Origin: Bacteriovoracaceae bacterium
Lineage (GTDB): Bacteria; Bdellovibrionota; UBA1018
Reading direction: 5' to 3'
DNA: 53,537 bases
Assembly: GCA_947463705.1 (NCBI GenBank)
Contig: CANHSO010000001.1
Coordinates: forward strand, 1 to 53,537
Shown here: one piece after another, positions 10,007 to 20,657 of the stretch
How the letters are laid out: every line of letters begins with the position of its first letter
Numbering within the stretch: the first letter of the stretch is position 1
Notes under the pieces: generated by a model
The model's input: the letters and a program-made list of their open reading frames with translations, nothing else
What the model was told of the DNA's origin: nothing
Database searches by the model: none
Made by a program: the position numbers and the translations under genes

Positions 10007-10912
10007 CTAGTATTCTGGAGCCTTCATTTCCGCCTGTTTAGGGGCTGGCGAGGGAGGCGGTATCGGGTGTAACGCATCCTCCATTGACATTTCAAGGAGG
10101 GAGTTTGCTCGCCTCTGAAGTTCAGCTTGAGATGCCTCAATAAGTTCAAGAATAAAATTCCTTTGTTCGGCGAGCTGGGTCAGTCCGCCTTCGAGCTCTG
10201 GGCGTTCCATAGAGGATTCAGGGAGTTTTCGGAGTCTTAATTCGAGGTGAGTCAGTTCCATTTCAGTTATTTTTAGACAATCTTTCAGCGGGTGAAACTG
10301 AGATAAATTCTGAATTTCATGGGCAACTTGGTTCGAAATCTCCCTCACCTTGAGTTTACTCTGATTCACACTCTTCGAGTACTGAGTGAGTCGGCTCTGG
10401 TAGCGCTCGAGCCAGGCTGACTTGGATTCTATCGCTTTTTGGTGGTTCGCGAGCTTCTGCCCTTCTTCAAGGACTACTCTCTTGCTTTCGATCTCGACGA
10501 CTGCATCGAGGTCCCTTTGAAGCACCTGCTCTAGAAGTCGGTCTCGTTCTTGAGTGAGTGCTTGAATTCGACTCTCTTGTTGAGTCACTCGAGATAACCA
10601 CTTAGCTTCAATCTTTTTGAAAGTGTCAATATACCCTTGCCGGCGCTCGAGCTCTCTTTTAGTCACCTGGTGTTCGAGGTGGGACTTTTCAATTTTCTCA
10701 GAGAGAGTCTGGTTAGTCAGTAGGGTCTCTTGATTCTCCTCGCGGAGAGAAGCATTTTGAAGTTGAAGAATTCGGATCGAGTTCAATAGTTGATGCCGTT
10801 CTTCGGCGTAGCTGATGCGCTCTGGAACTGCTCCTGTGCGGGTGTTTTGTTCCGGGTTGATTAAAGAATTTTCTATGCCGGGATACATTGGATGATTTGA
10901 TGAAGCGTTCAT
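10007..10912 (-). CDS. Coiled-coil protein of unknown function
   Basis: 301-aa ORF rich in E/Q/L/R with heptad character throughout. I recognised no enzymatic motif. Confidence 0.5.
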   Translation of the reverse strand: MNASSNHPMYPGIENSLINPEQNTRTGAVPERISYAEERHQLLNSIRILQLQNASLREENQETLLTNQTLSEKIEKSHLEHQVTKRELERRQGYIDTFKKIEAKWLSRVTQQESRIQALTQERDRLLEQVLQRDLDAVVEIESKRVVLEEGQKLANHQKAIESKSAWLERYQSRLTQYSKSVNQSKLKVREISNQVAHEIQNLSQFHPLKDCLKITEMELTHLELRLRKLPESSMERPELEGGLTQLAEQRNFILELIEASQAELQRRANSLLEMSMEDALHPIPPPSPAPKQAEMKAPEY

Positions 10913-10995
10913 AACTCCCCCTATTCCTTAAAGCATAGATCGTCAGAATTCTGACAAAGCTTTAATTTAACCTTCGCGCAGGCCTATTGATTCGA

Positions 10996-11916
10996 TCAGG
11001 AAGTCTTTCGCTTTTTTTTAAAAAAGTTTTTAATGTCATTGAGTCGACCGAGTACAAGACTTCTGAAATCATTTAAATCTGAAAGACTATCCACAACATC
11101 GACGAGATCATCGATCGTAAGATTTCTCTCCGACGTCTCAACCTGACCCAAAGCCTCGAGATAAATCAGAGTTAAAGCGACAAAATCCATGTCCTCATAT
11201 TTTGCCGTCAGCATCTCAGCAACGTGGTACTGAGCATGACCTACAGAACTCGTGCCCAGGCCGTAATCAATGATGTAAACAGCACCGGGTCCTCCATCGA
11301 GTCCTGCGGTCACGAGGATATTGGAGGGGGCCAGGTCACGATGTGAAATCCCTACCCCATGGAGGTCGCCCAATTTCCCAAAGGTTTGTCGCGCCAGGGC
11401 TTGAATCCGTTCATTTCTTTCAGAAGTGGAGAGAGCATTCATGCCTTCAACTGCACCCTCTAGAGTCTGAGCATTCTCAACTAATTCCATAGAAAACGCT
11501 AAGACCGGCCCCGTTTCAGGATAATCAGGGATGCAAAAATAAGAGTCTCCAATCACTCGTGGAGCAACTCCCTTCTCTCCAGCTTGTTGCTGAGTGCGGA
11601 ACTCAGCTAAAAGTCTAGGGCGATCAAACTCTCCGGTCAAAACCTTGACGGCAACCGTCTCGCCACCCAAGCTAGCGCGGTGCACTTCTCCATAACTTCC
11701 CTTGCCCAAGAGGGCTGAAAAGTTCAAACTTGCACTAGTCCTTTGCTGGATACCTTCCGGACAACCCGTTTTAGACCGAGGCCGCTCAGGGCGGCCGGGT
11801 TCAGGGCGTGGGGCTTGTCGGACTCTAGGTGGTGAATCCATTGCGCTCGCAGGAACTAGCCCCGCCAGGATCAAACTCACGCCCAAAACACTGAACTGCT
11901 TAATTAACTTCATCAA
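10996..11916 (-). CDS. Exported Hanks-type Ser/Thr protein kinase-like protein
   Basis: 306 aa with a signal peptide (VLGVSLILAGLVPASA). It carries a glycine loop and VAVK lysine (GKGSYGEVHRA..VAVKV), a catalytic loop (HRDLAPSNILV) and a DFG-equivalent (IIDYGLG). Confidence 0.7.
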   Translation of the reverse strand: MMKLIKQFSVLGVSLILAGLVPASAMDSPPRVRQAPRPEPGRPERPRSKTGCPEGIQQRTSASLNFSALLGKGSYGEVHRASLGGETVAVKVLTGEFDRPRLLAEFRTQQQAGEKGVAPRVIGDSYFCIPDYPETGPVLAFSMELVENAQTLEGAVEGMNALSTSERNERIQALARQTFGKLGDLHGVGISHRDLAPSNILVTAGLDGGPGAVYIIDYGLGTSSVGHAQYHVAEMLTAKYEDMDFVALTLIYLEALGQVETSERNLTIDDLVDVVDSLSDLNDFRSLVLGRLNDIKNFFKKKRKTS

Positions 11917-12012
11917 AAGACCTCAACCAAGCTGATTGCCATGAATACTCTGAAAACGGTGAGGAATTTACTATACTAAATATTTAAAAAATTCAAGAGT
12001 CGGGGAACGCGA

Positions 12013-12573
12013 TCAATCCATCCAGAGAGAACCCAGGTCGATATCGACGGCATCGAATGGAGCCGCACGAATCGGACTATTACCTACATATGAATTAAGA
12101 AGGACCCACTGAGCTTCACTTCGTTGGAAGACCTCGAGTGTTTTCATTACTGGGTCGATCAACCAAACATGATCGACTTTCTCACGAAGGTAGATGGGCA
12201 TTTTTTTAACGCGGTCCAACCCCGCAGTGCTAGGCGACAGGACTTCGCAAACCCAGTGCGGTGCGATTTTACAGTGCGCGTCAGTGGGAAGATTGGGCAC
12301 AAGATCCCTCCGCCACCCAGCAAGATCCGGGACCAGGACGTCCCCTTGCAGGTGCAGTTCGGGCTCATCCAAAATCCACCAGCCGCCCGGACCGCCTTTT
12401 CCTTTTTGGAAAGGACTAACAAGCTCGTCTCCTAAACTGGACGATGCCTGGACGTGACGCATCGAGGGCCTTGGGGACGTGATGAGTTCCCCTGCAATGA
12501 TCTCCGCCACCAGATTCTCAGGTAATGAGAGTAGATCTTCGTAGGTTGCAAATTTCTTAGCCGGTTCTCCCAT
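12013..12573 (-). CDS. Uma2-family (DUF820) putative PD-(D/E)xK endonuclease
   Basis: 186 aa. The pattern YEDLLSLPEN..AEIIAGEL, then ..PDLAGW and ..PHWVCEVLSPST.., is typical of Uma2/DUF820. A GGAGG RBS lies upstream. Confidence 0.7.
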   Translation of the reverse strand: MGEPAKKFATYEDLLSLPENLVAEIIAGELITSPRPSMRHVQASSSLGDELVSPFQKGKGGPGGWWILDEPELHLQGDVLVPDLAGWRRDLVPNLPTDAHCKIAPHWVCEVLSPSTAGLDRVKKMPIYLREKVDHVWLIDPVMKTLEVFQRSEAQWVLLNSYVGNSPIRAAPFDAVDIDLGSLWMD

Positions 12574-12970
12574 ATAAAATCCTCCAAGATTTTATTATTT
12601 TAGCTTCATTCTGACCGCTGATTTCCCGGTATAGAGCTGGGTAACCCAGTGCTGCGTGAACTTCAGATGCCGACCGTAGGTATCCGCTGCACCCTCTAGC
12701 TTTCCGGAGTTCGAAACCAAAGCTAGTTTTGCAATTCGTGTCACCAGCATCTTGCCGCTAAACTAGCGTATTTCTGAGCAAAACTGAAGACCTGAGTGCC
12801 GCTACTCCGCAGGTCGTCCTAACCTGCTCAAACACGGGTTCCTCTGCTGCGCAACCGTCAGCCTGCGGCCGCCGCAAAAGTCATTACAAGCGGCTTACGC
12901 CCTGCCTGCTGGCACCATCAAAACGACGTGCGTTTTGTCTGGGCTGGTTGAAATAGGTAGAAACAAAAAA

Positions 12971-13006
12971 GCCCCTGAAATCACTTAAGACTTCAGAGGC
13001 TTTTGC
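12971..13006. terminator. Bidirectional intrinsic terminator-like hairpin
   Basis: Stem GCCCCTGAA (12971-12979) pairs with TTCAGAGGC (12992-13000) with one mismatch. It is flanked by AAAAAA on the left, which reads as a T6 run on the minus strand downstream of tRNA-Asn, and by TTTT on the right. Confidence 0.6.
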
Positions 13007-13009
13007 AAT

Positions 13010-13084
13010 TGGCTCAGGAGGAGGGATTCGAACCCCCGACCAGCCGGTTAACAGCCGGCTGCTCTACCACTGAGCTACTCCTGA
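13010..13084 (-). tRNA. tRNA-Asn (anticodon GTT)
   Basis: The reverse complement is TCAGGAGTAGCTCAGTGGTAGAGCAGCCGGCTGTTAACCGGCTGGTCGGGGGTTCGAATCCCTCCTCCTGAGCCA. It folds as a cloverleaf with a 7-bp acceptor stem, anticodon loop CTGTTAA, T-loop TTCGAAT and an encoded CCA. Confidence 0.95.
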
Positions 13085-13219
13085 ATAGTAAATGCAAAGA
13101 ACTCCAAAAACTTAGCATGAAAACTCGGGGATGACAATACAGTGCGACACGAAAACTACGTTCTTTAAACGATGTCGGGGTGATGGGCGGTTTACAGGGT
13201 TCCGAAAACGCGGCATAGT

Positions 13220-13543
13220 TTGAGTCTTATGAAGCTCAAATCTCATGTTTTCGTCTGTACGAACCAACGCCCAGAAGGGCACCCTCGAGGATGCTGCCAA
13301 TCTAAGAACTCGGAAAACCTCGTCCAGCTCTTTAAACAAGAATTGAGGCGCGTAGGATCAGCAAAGGAAATCAGAGCGCAAAAGGCTGGGTGCCTGGATG
13401 CTTGCGAATACGGGCCAGCCGTGGTGGTTTACCCTGAGGGAGTCTGGTACGGGAAAGTCACACCCGAGGACGTATCCGAGATTGTCGAGTCGCACCTGAT
13501 CAACGGAAAGCCGGTCGAACGACTCAGAATTGCCGAAAAGTAA
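13220..13543 (+). CDS. Thioredoxin-like [2Fe-2S] ferredoxin domain protein
   Basis: 107 aa. HVFVCTNQR..GCC and then ..GCLDACEYGPAVVVYPEGVWYG match the (2Fe-2S) ferredoxin/NuoE-like thioredoxin fold pattern. Confidence 0.75.
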   Translation: MSLMKLKSHVFVCTNQRPEGHPRGCCQSKNSENLVQLFKQELRRVGSAKEIRAQKAGCLDACEYGPAVVVYPEGVWYGKVTPEDVSEIVESHLINGKPVERLRIAEK

Positions 13544-13562
13544 TTCAGATTAAGGGGGGCAT

Positions 13563-15476
13563 TTGAAAACAAATCGAGCAAGAATCGGCTCCTTTGGAGT
13601 ACTGGGTCTCATCACACTCACCGGAATCGGTGCTGACCTGGGCGCTTCAATTGCCTTGGCAAAATCGACGCCCCACCCATCCACTAACTCCAAGATGAGT
13701 GAAGCTGAGAATCAACCTCTGGACACTCTGGTCCAAAACCTGGACAAGAAATTTAAGTCAAAAAAAGCCCACCGAATCAGAAACGCTTATCAAGCGTTTC
13801 AAAAGGGCAAACTCGATCTTGCAGTTCAGGCGGTGAGGTCGATCATTCACCCGACATCCAAGTTGAGACTTTCTGATCCATACGTTGATTATGCCCACTG
13901 GATCGTATTTCAAGTCAATCGCGCTCGAGCTCAAAAAGCGACTACTCAAAAAAAGTATGCAATGGTCAGTCACTGGGCGGAGCTAGCGTTTCAAGCTTAT
14001 TTGCAAATTTTACAGACCAGTCCGATGTCACCCCTCACTCGTAATTCAAGCAAGGACCTTGCTTCAATCGAGTTGGTCATTGCGGATGCAAATTGGGGTT
14101 TGAAGAACTGGACGCTCTCCCAAAGCTATTACGAAAAGGCTCTGTTCAGACTCAATTCTCAAAATGCTCTGATTGCGGTTCAACCCGAATCCTTTGCCCA
14201 TTACGCGGCCACCTGCCGGAAAGAAACCACACAGGCTTGCATCACCTGGCTCAACAAGGTGAAGGCCTCGTTTGCTGCCCGGTCGCAGGAGGTCGCAGCG
14301 ATTATCCAGGAGTTCCCAGAAATCTCAGATCAGCCCAAGATCAAGCCCTTCCGTGCACAGAAACTCTACACCCTCTACCGCTCGGGAGACTTGGACCAAA
14401 CTGCGTTCACAGCAGCGCTTCAGTTATCACTCGATCAAAGTTACTCAAAATCTGTAAAGGCATTCGACCAATTTTTAATCGATTTCCCCCGATCGAGTTT
14501 TCGAGTGAGGGCTAAGTATTTGCTCGCCAACTCTCTGGAAAAGGACAAAGAGCCGGAGAAGGCAAAAAAAGCCTATTCTGAACTCCAGCTTGAAGCACCC
14601 CTCACTTATTATGGCCTTTTAGCGTCCTTTAAAACAGGAGCGCCGATCAATGAGGGAATTCAAGGTCAAATTCCTTTAGCGTCTGAAACAGATCCCTCGC
14701 TTCAGCCGAACGAAGTTTTCCATCTGAGACGAGGCCAGGAATTCATCGCCGAGAAAGCCTATGAATTAGCAGCCCTAGAGCTGAGTCAAATCAAAGCCCG
14801 AGATGGGTTATCCAACGAGTTTTTGCTTTATTTAGCCCTACTCAACTCAAAGGCCCAGAATATTGCTACAGGACTCCAAATTTTCTCAGATCTGGGGCAA
14901 CGCGGATTTGAAGGAATCCGAACCTCATTTGGACTTCGATCAATTTTCCCTAAGCGCCACTTTGATCTCATCGAAAAATATGCAGACTCAAAGCAGCTCG
15001 ATCCGATTTTAGTCCTGAGCTTGATCAAGCAAGAATCGGCGTTTGATGAGATGGCAGGTTCATCATCGGGCGCGCTGGGCTTGATGCAACTCATGCCTGC
15101 GACGGCACTCGAGACCGAATCAGGGATTCCGATCTCCCATCTCCACCAGGCCGAGGATAATATCCGAGTGGGTACGACCTACCTTAAAAAACTACTCGAT
15201 CGCTTCCAAGGCAACACCGCTCTCGCTCTAGCATCCTACAACGCAGGACCCAACGCCGTCGATCGCTGGCTAAAAAACGCCAAGCCCGAAACTGGCCTAA
15301 CGGAGTTTATCGAGTCAATTCCCTACAAAGAAACCAGGGAGTATGTAGCCGCGATTATTAGAAATTATTTTTGGTATACTTACCAGATGAAGGGGGATCG
15401 ACTCCAAAACCTCGACCGGTTTTGGAAGCCCATCCCGCCTCATAGTCAGACTAAACCGCAAAACGGAAGTGCATGA
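13563..15476 (+). CDS. Soluble lytic murein transglycosylase (Slt70-like)
   Basis: 637 aa with a TTG start and a signal peptide. A superhelical N-terminal region precedes a C-terminal SLT domain with a catalytic ES motif (LIKQESAFD), GLMQLMPATA and ASYNAGPNAV. Confidence 0.85.
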   Translation: MKTNRARIGSFGVLGLITLTGIGADLGASIALAKSTPHPSTNSKMSEAENQPLDTLVQNLDKKFKSKKAHRIRNAYQAFQKGKLDLAVQAVRSIIHPTSKLRLSDPYVDYAHWIVFQVNRARAQKATTQKKYAMVSHWAELAFQAYLQILQTSPMSPLTRNSSKDLASIELVIADANWGLKNWTLSQSYYEKALFRLNSQNALIAVQPESFAHYAATCRKETTQACITWLNKVKASFAARSQEVAAIIQEFPEISDQPKIKPFRAQKLYTLYRSGDLDQTAFTAALQLSLDQSYSKSVKAFDQFLIDFPRSSFRVRAKYLLANSLEKDKEPEKAKKAYSELQLEAPLTYYGLLASFKTGAPINEGIQGQIPLASETDPSLQPNEVFHLRRGQEFIAEKAYELAALELSQIKARDGLSNEFLLYLALLNSKAQNIATGLQIFSDLGQRGFEGIRTSFGLRSIFPKRHFDLIEKYADSKQLDPILVLSLIKQESAFDEMAGSSSGALGLMQLMPATALETESGIPISHLHQAEDNIRVGTTYLKKLLDRFQGNTALALASYNAGPNAVDRWLKNAKPETGLTEFIESIPYKETREYVAAIIRNYFWYTYQMKGDRLQNLDRFWKPIPPHSQTKPQNGSA

Positions 15477-16554
15477 TGTCGCCGTCTTTAACGATGTATT
15501 CTTTGCCTTCCAGGCGAAGTGATCCAGCATCACGAATAGCAGATTCGCTCTTGTGCTTCATCAGGTCGTTGTAATGGTACACTTCGGCTTTGATAAACCC
15601 TTTTTCAAAGTCAGTGTGAATCACGCCGGCAGCCTGAGGCGCTTTAAATCCTTTTTCAATCGTCCAGGCACGAACTTCAGTTTCACCTGCGGTGAAGTAG
15701 GTTTGGAGTCCAAGTAATTCGTAACCGGCTCGGATCACCCGATTCAATCCTGGCTCGTCCATTCCCATTTCTTTTAGGAAAGATTCTTTTTCATCTTGAG
15801 AGAGTTCAGAAATTTCGGATTCAATTTTGCCGCAAATCTGTACGACTGGACTTCCTTCGATCGCCGCATGGGCCATGAGTTTTTTCACATACTCATTAGG
15901 CTCGCTATTGCCAATATCGCTGTCATCCACGTTGGCTACGTACATGACTTTTTTAGCGGTAATCAGGTGGAAGTCATGGATGAGCTGTAACTCATCTTCA
16001 CTCAAATTGAGCGAACGCACGGGTTTACCTGATTCTAGGGCTGCTTTCACAGGCTCAAGAACTGCCATGACGGCAGCGGCCTTCTTATCGCTCCCTGCTC
16101 GGGCAGCCTTCTGCATGGAAGCAAACCATTTATTCACAGTATCCAGGTCAGCAAACATGAGCTCGGTATCAATGACCGAAATATCTCGAACTGGGTCGAC
16201 GGAGCCATCCACATGAATCACGTTTGGGTCTGAGAAGCATCGAACCACGTGAGCGATTGCGTTGGTTTCGCGGATGTGACCGAGGAACTGATTCCCGAGT
16301 CCTTCGCCTTTGGATGCACCCTTCACCAACCCTGCGATATCGACGAAAACCATGCTCGCAGGAACGAGTTTCTGCGGCGGAATGTACCGAGCGATGTCAG
16401 CCAAACGCGGGTCCGGGACTTTCACGATCCCTGTGTTGGGGTCGATGGTGCAAAACGGATAGTTAGCCGCTTCTGCTTTAGCTGATGTTAAAGCATTAAA
16501 AATAGTTGATTTACCGACGTTCGGAAGTCCTACAATCCCGCATTGAAAACCCAT
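15451..16554 (-). CDS. ychF: Redox-regulated ribosome-binding ATPase YchF
   Basis: 367 aa. The N-terminus MGFQCGIVGLPNVGKSTIFNALT, a C-terminal TGS-like domain and the ending ..DGDIMHFRFAV fit YchF. Confidence 0.95.
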   Translation of the reverse strand: MGFQCGIVGLPNVGKSTIFNALTSAKAEAANYPFCTIDPNTGIVKVPDPRLADIARYIPPQKLVPASMVFVDIAGLVKGASKGEGLGNQFLGHIRETNAIAHVVRCFSDPNVIHVDGSVDPVRDISVIDTELMFADLDTVNKWFASMQKAARAGSDKKAAAVMAVLEPVKAALESGKPVRSLNLSEDELQLIHDFHLITAKKVMYVANVDDSDIGNSEPNEYVKKLMAHAAIEGSPVVQICGKIESEISELSQDEKESFLKEMGMDEPGLNRVIRAGYELLGLQTYFTAGETEVRAWTIEKGFKAPQAAGVIHTDFEKGFIKAEVYHYNDLMKHKSESAIRDAGSLRLEGKEYIVKDGDIMHFRFAV

Positions 16555-16558
16555 CTGA

Positions 16559-17176
16559 TTACTCCTTTTTTTGGCGATGAACTCGCGTCATCGCCGCCTG
16601 AACTTTACCCTGAATGATTTCTTCAATCGCCCCTGCGGCTTCATCGAGCAGAGGGTCTAACTCACTTAACTCCTGATCTGAAAATGGCATCAGAACATAA
16701 TCTGCCGGTGACATCCGGGACCAATCGCGCCTGGATCCATCCGCGTCCGCGGGCAAACGGGCAGGGTGCCCAATGCCAATTCTCACGCGGTGATAGCCAT
16801 TCAGATTCTTACCCAAACTTTCGTCGATGGATTTTAGCCCATTATGCCCACCTGCGCCACCCCCGGTTTTAAGGCGGAGGACGAGCGGATTGAGATCCAA
16901 TTCATCATGAATCACAATGAGGTCGCTCGCTGCACATTGATAAAATTGAAAAATTGGCGCGACGCAAATCCCAGAGCGATTCATAAAAGTCTGAGGCTTC
17001 ACCAGCAAAACCTTTTCGCCTTGAACGGTCGCTTGGTAAATTTCACCCTGATTTTTGATTTGTGGGCCTTGCGCCTTCCATCTTTCGATGAGTCGATCGA
17101 TCGCTAAAAAACCTACGTTATGTCGAGTGGTTTCATATTTGAGACCGGGATTGCCCAGTCCAACTACTAGCTTCAT
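16559..17176 (-). CDS. pth: Peptidyl-tRNA hydrolase
   Basis: 205 aa. [21 protein letters not shown] and ..GGHNGLKSI are Pth signatures. Confidence 0.95.
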   Translation of the reverse strand: MKLVVGLGNPGLKYETTRHNVGFLAIDRLIERWKAQGPQIKNQGEIYQATVQGEKVLLVKPQTFMNRSGICVAPIFQFYQCAASDLIVIHDELDLNPLVLRLKTGGGAGGHNGLKSIDESLGKNLNGYHRVRIGIGHPARLPADADGSRRDWSRMSPADYVLMPFSDQELSELDPLLDEAAGAIEEIIQGKVQAAMTRVHRQKKE

Positions 17177-18123
17177 ATAAAGAGGCTGCTCACGCTATCG
17201 TAATTGTGAATTCTGTAGATCGCCTCAGCGAGAAGGTCTGCGACGGTGAGCTGAACGATTTTTCCGCATGCAGCTGCTTCATCCGTCAGTGGGATGGTAT
17301 CAGTCACAATCACGCGCTCGATTTTAGAATTTTGAATTCTTTGAATGGCCGGACCCGATAGAATCCCGTGGGTCGCGGCGGCAAAAACCTCGACGGCACC
17401 CTGGTTCAAAACGGCGTCGGCCGCTTCGCAAAGAGTACCTGCGGTATCAATCATATCATCCAGAATAATGGCTGACTTGCCGGCCACATCGCCGATCACG
17501 TTCATGGCCTTGGCTACGTTGGGTGCCGTTCTTCGTTTGTCGATCACCGCTACAGTCGTATCCAATCGTTTTGCAAACGATCGCGCACGCTCCACACCAC
17601 CTGCATCGGGACTTACGATGACCGGCGGGGCTTTGGTGACGAGATTTTTCTTCACGTACTCCAAGATCACAGGGGAGGCGTAGAGGTTATCAAAAGGGAT
17701 TCCGAAAAAGCCCTGGATTTGGCTCGCATGAAGATCCATCGAAACCATTCGAGTTGTCCCCGCCGCCGTGAAAAGATCTGCCACTAATTTAGCGCTAATG
17801 GGGGTTCTCGGAGCCACTTTACGATCTTGTCGTGCGTAGCCATAGTAGGGGACGACAGCCGTGATCTCCTTAGCACTTGCCCGCTTCAGGGCATCGATCA
17901 TAATGAGCATCTCCATGAGAGTCTCGTTCACGGGACGGCAAGTGCTTTGAATCACATAGACGTCACGACCCCTGACATTTTCGCCGATTTCGACAAAAAT
18001 CTCACCGTCGCTAAACCTTCTAATCTCAGCGTGAGCTAGAGGTTTGCCCAGTTTCTCACAGATACTCTGAGCTAAAGGCCGCGTGGCACTTCCAGAAAGG
18101 ATGACCCAATCTCGCATTCGCAT
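17173..18123 (-). CDS. prs: Ribose-phosphate pyrophosphokinase
   Basis: 316 aa. The motifs are YARQDRK, the PRPP-binding loop [12 protein letters not shown] and DLHA. Confidence 0.95.
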   Translation of the reverse strand: MRMRDWVILSGSATRPLAQSICEKLGKPLAHAEIRRFSDGEIFVEIGENVRGRDVYVIQSTCRPVNETLMEMLIMIDALKRASAKEITAVVPYYGYARQDRKVAPRTPISAKLVADLFTAAGTTRMVSMDLHASQIQGFFGIPFDNLYASPVILEYVKKNLVTKAPPVIVSPDAGGVERARSFAKRLDTTVAVIDKRRTAPNVAKAMNVIGDVAGKSAIILDDMIDTAGTLCEAADAVLNQGAVEVFAAATHGILSGPAIQRIQNSKIERVIVTDTIPLTDEAAACGKIVQLTVADLLAEAIYRIHNYDSVSSLFI

Positions 18124-18169
18124 GCCTTTAACTACCTCAAATTGGACTATTTTGGTAGGTGCTTCCGGC

Positions 18170-20602
18170 CTAGCCTACGACAAAATTAATGATCTTATCC
18201 TGAACGAATATGGTTTTGCGAATGACCTTTCCTTCGAGCTGATTGGACACGGAGGGGAGCTCACGGGCAAGCTTTTCCACTACCACTTGCTCTGAGCCGG
18301 GTTCAACCTCGATGGTCCCTCTCATTTTGCCCATGACTTGGACCGCTACTGAGATCACCTGATCTTTGGCCAGTTCGGGATCAAAGCTAGGCCAAGATTC
18401 ATGAGAAAGCGAACTTTGCTGACCCAGCATTTCCCAGAGCTCTTCGGCAATATGAGGTGCAAAAGGCTGCAAAAGCTGTAAAAACGGTCTTAGACAGGAG
18501 AGAGGCTTTTGCTTTAACCCAGTCATGTGATTCACAAAAATCATCATCTGGCTCACCGCCGTATTGAATCGGAGGTGCTCCAAATCTTCGGTCACTTTCT
18601 TGATCGTTTTATGAGTCACCTTAAGATCTTCGGCTGAAGGCTCGCAATCGACCACTGCAGCACTCAAACCATCTGCCTGATTCTCACCAACTTCCTCGGC
18701 AAAAAGGCGCCAAGTGCGCTGCAAGAATCGATAAACTCCTTCAATTGCAGTCATTGACCAGGGTTTGTCTCGATCCAAAGGCCCCATGAACATTTCATAG
18801 ATGCGAAGGGTATCGGCACCGTACTTTTCGATCACGAGGTCTGGGTTGATCACGTTTCCTCGAGATTTGGACATTTTCTCGCCGTCCTCGCCCAGAATCA
18901 TTCCCTGATGGACCAGCTTTTTAAAGGGCTCAGAATGAGAAACGAGTCCCAAGTCATAGAGCACCTTAGTCCAAAAGCGGGAGTAAAGGAGATGACCAAC
19001 GGCGTGTTCAGGCCCCCCCACGTAGAGATCTACCGGCATCCAGTACTTCTCAGATTCGGCACTGAATGGCTCATTCATGTTTTTGGGGTCGCAGTACCGC
19101 AAAAAGTACCAAGACGATCCGGCGCTTCCGGGCATCGTGTCGGTTTCTCGTCGAGCCGGTTCGCCCGTCACAGGATCCGCCACGTTCACCCAGTCCGAAA
19201 TGGCAGCCAGGGGACTCTCCCCTGTGCCGGTAGGCTCATAGCTCTGAACACTCGGTAAGATGACTGGAAGCTCATTTAAAGGCACAGGTCGGGTGTCGCC
19301 ACTTTTTGAATGGATGAGTGGCAAAGGCTCACCCCAGTAGCGCTGCCTAGAAAAAAGCCAATCGCGGAGTTTGTATTGAATCGTTTTTTTCCCAAAGCCT
19401 TGATGTTCTGCTCTCTGGATCACGGCTTGAATTGCATCGACTGTCGCCATGCCATTCATAAAGTCAGAATGAACTGCGGTACCGTATCCAGCGAAACACC
19501 CCTCGCCTTCAACGCCCCCTTGGACAACTACTCGAATCGGCAGGCCAAACGCTTTGGCAAACTCGTGATCTCTCTCGTCATGCCCTGGAACAGCCATGAC
19601 TGCGCCGGTGCCGTACCCCATCAGAACATAGTCAGCAATCCAAACAGGGACTTTTTCACCACTAAAGGGATTGATCACATTGCCGCCCGTGAAAACTCCG
19701 GTTTTTTCCTGGGTCTGATCTTGGCGAGCAATCTCTGATTTTTGAGCTGATTGCTTACGGTATTCCTCAACGGCAGTTTTCTGCTCTGGAGTGGTCAGCG
19801 ACTGAACTAGAGGATGTTCAGGTGCCAAAACCAAGAAGGTCGCGCCATAAACCGTGTCCGGCCGCGTGGTAAATACTTCAATTGATCCTGATCCGGAAGC
19901 GAGTGGAAATCTCAGGAGTAATCCCTCACTGCGACCGATCCAGTTCCGCTGAAGTTCTTTCGTGCTCTCAGGCCAATCCAAATCATCCAGATCCGTGAGC
20001 AGCCGCTCAGCGTAGGCGGTGATCTTCAACATCCACTGCTTCATCGGCACTCGGTAAACAGGATGATTCCCGCGCTCGGACTTTCCGTCTACGACCTCTT
20101 CATTGGCTAAGACCGTCTTGAGGGCAGGGCACCAGTTCACGGGGACTTCTTTTTGGTAAGCAAGTCCCTTTTCGTGGAGTTTTAGAAAAATAAACTGGGT
20201 CCACTTGTAATAATCAGGCTCACAGGTCGACACTTCTCTCGACCAATCGAAACTGAATCCAATGGACTTCAGCTGGCGCTTAAAATTCTCAATCGCCTCT
20301 CGGGTCGTGATCGCCGGATGCACTCCCGTCTTGAGGGCATATTGCTCGGCTGGTAATCCAAACGCGTCCCAGCCCATCGGGTGAAGGACATTGAATCCCT
20401 TCGCTCGTTTATACCGAGCTACAATATCTGAAGCGGTGTACCCCTCGGGATGGCCGACATGCAGCCCCGAACTGCTCGGGTAGGGGAACATATCCAAAAC
20501 GTAGTACTTGGGCTTGGTGCTTTTCTGCTCAGCGCGGAAGGTACCCTGATCATCCCAAAATTTCTGCCACTTGGATTCAAAACGGTTTGGTAAATAAGCC
20601 AT
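18170..20602 (-). CDS. leuS: Leucyl-tRNA synthetase
   Basis: It carries a HIGH motif ([11 protein letters not shown]), KMSKS and a CP1 editing domain. The track ORF begins at 20656. I prefer the start at [16 protein letters not shown] (ATG 20602), which matches canonical LeuRS N-termini. Confidence 0.95.
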   Translation of the reverse strand: MAYLPNRFESKWQKFWDDQGTFRAEQKSTKPKYYVLDMFPYPSSSGLHVGHPEGYTASDIVARYKRAKGFNVLHPMGWDAFGLPAEQYALKTGVHPAITTREAIENFKRQLKSIGFSFDWSREVSTCEPDYYKWTQFIFLKLHEKGLAYQKEVPVNWCPALKTVLANEEVVDGKSERGNHPVYRVPMKQWMLKITAYAERLLTDLDDLDWPESTKELQRNWIGRSEGLLLRFPLASGSGSIEVFTTRPDTVYGATFLVLAPEHPLVQSLTTPEQKTAVEEYRKQSAQKSEIARQDQTQEKTGVFTGGNVINPFSGEKVPVWIADYVLMGYGTGAVMAVPGHDERDHEFAKAFGLPIRVVVQGGVEGEGCFAGYGTAVHSDFMNGMATVDAIQAVIQRAEHQGFGKKTIQYKLRDWLFSRQRYWGEPLPLIHSKSGDTRPVPLNELPVILPSVQSYEPTGTGESPLAAISDWVNVADPVTGEPARRETDTMPGSAGSSWYFLRYCDPKNMNEPFSAESEKYWMPVDLYVGGPEHAVGHLLYSRFWTKVLYDLGLVSHSEPFKKLVHQGMILGEDGEKMSKSRGNVINPDLVIEKYGADTLRIYEMFMGPLDRDKPWSMTAIEGVYRFLQRTWRLFAEEVGENQADGLSAAVVDCEPSAEDLKVTHKTIKKVTEDLEHLRFNTAVSQMMIFVNHMTGLKQKPLSCLRPFLQLLQPFAPHIAEELWEMLGQQSSLSHESWPSFDPELAKDQVISVAVQVMGKMRGTIEVEPGSEQVVVEKLARELPSVSNQLEGKVIRKTIFVQDKIINFVVG

Positions 20603-20657
20603 GAACCTTATATACACGGGTCGAGGCCTAAAACCAATCAGCCCGTTAGAACGCACT

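Noticed and set aside
12124-12457. Nested or antisense ORFs inside well-supported genes. Examples are 12124..12435, 12159..12422 and 12194..12457 in the Uma2 gene; 721..939, 1641..1841 and 2302..2544 in the FG-GAP gene; 15827..16216 in ychF; 17345..17683 in prs; 19310..19738 in leuS; the many in the nuo genes; and 26567..26803, 26685..26882 and 26746..27030 around the Cys-rich gene.
   Set aside because: They are shadow ORFs. They have no RBS, a biased Arg/Ser/Pro composition, and are fully overlapped by genes with strong family motifs.
12574-13009. Possible RNase P RNA or tmRNA in the ORF-free region. The hints were CGGCTTAC resembling the RNase P CR-V ..CCGGCTTA, CTGGGTAACCCAG resembling P8, and GGAGTTCGAAAC resembling a T-loop.
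   Set aside because: There is no GGAAAGTCCGG-type P4 partner strand on either strand. There is no tRNA-like acceptor with a CCA end, no GGGGCTGA 5' end and no ..LAA* tag frame. The motif resemblances are short and could be chance. I kept the region as an unassigned RNA candidate only.
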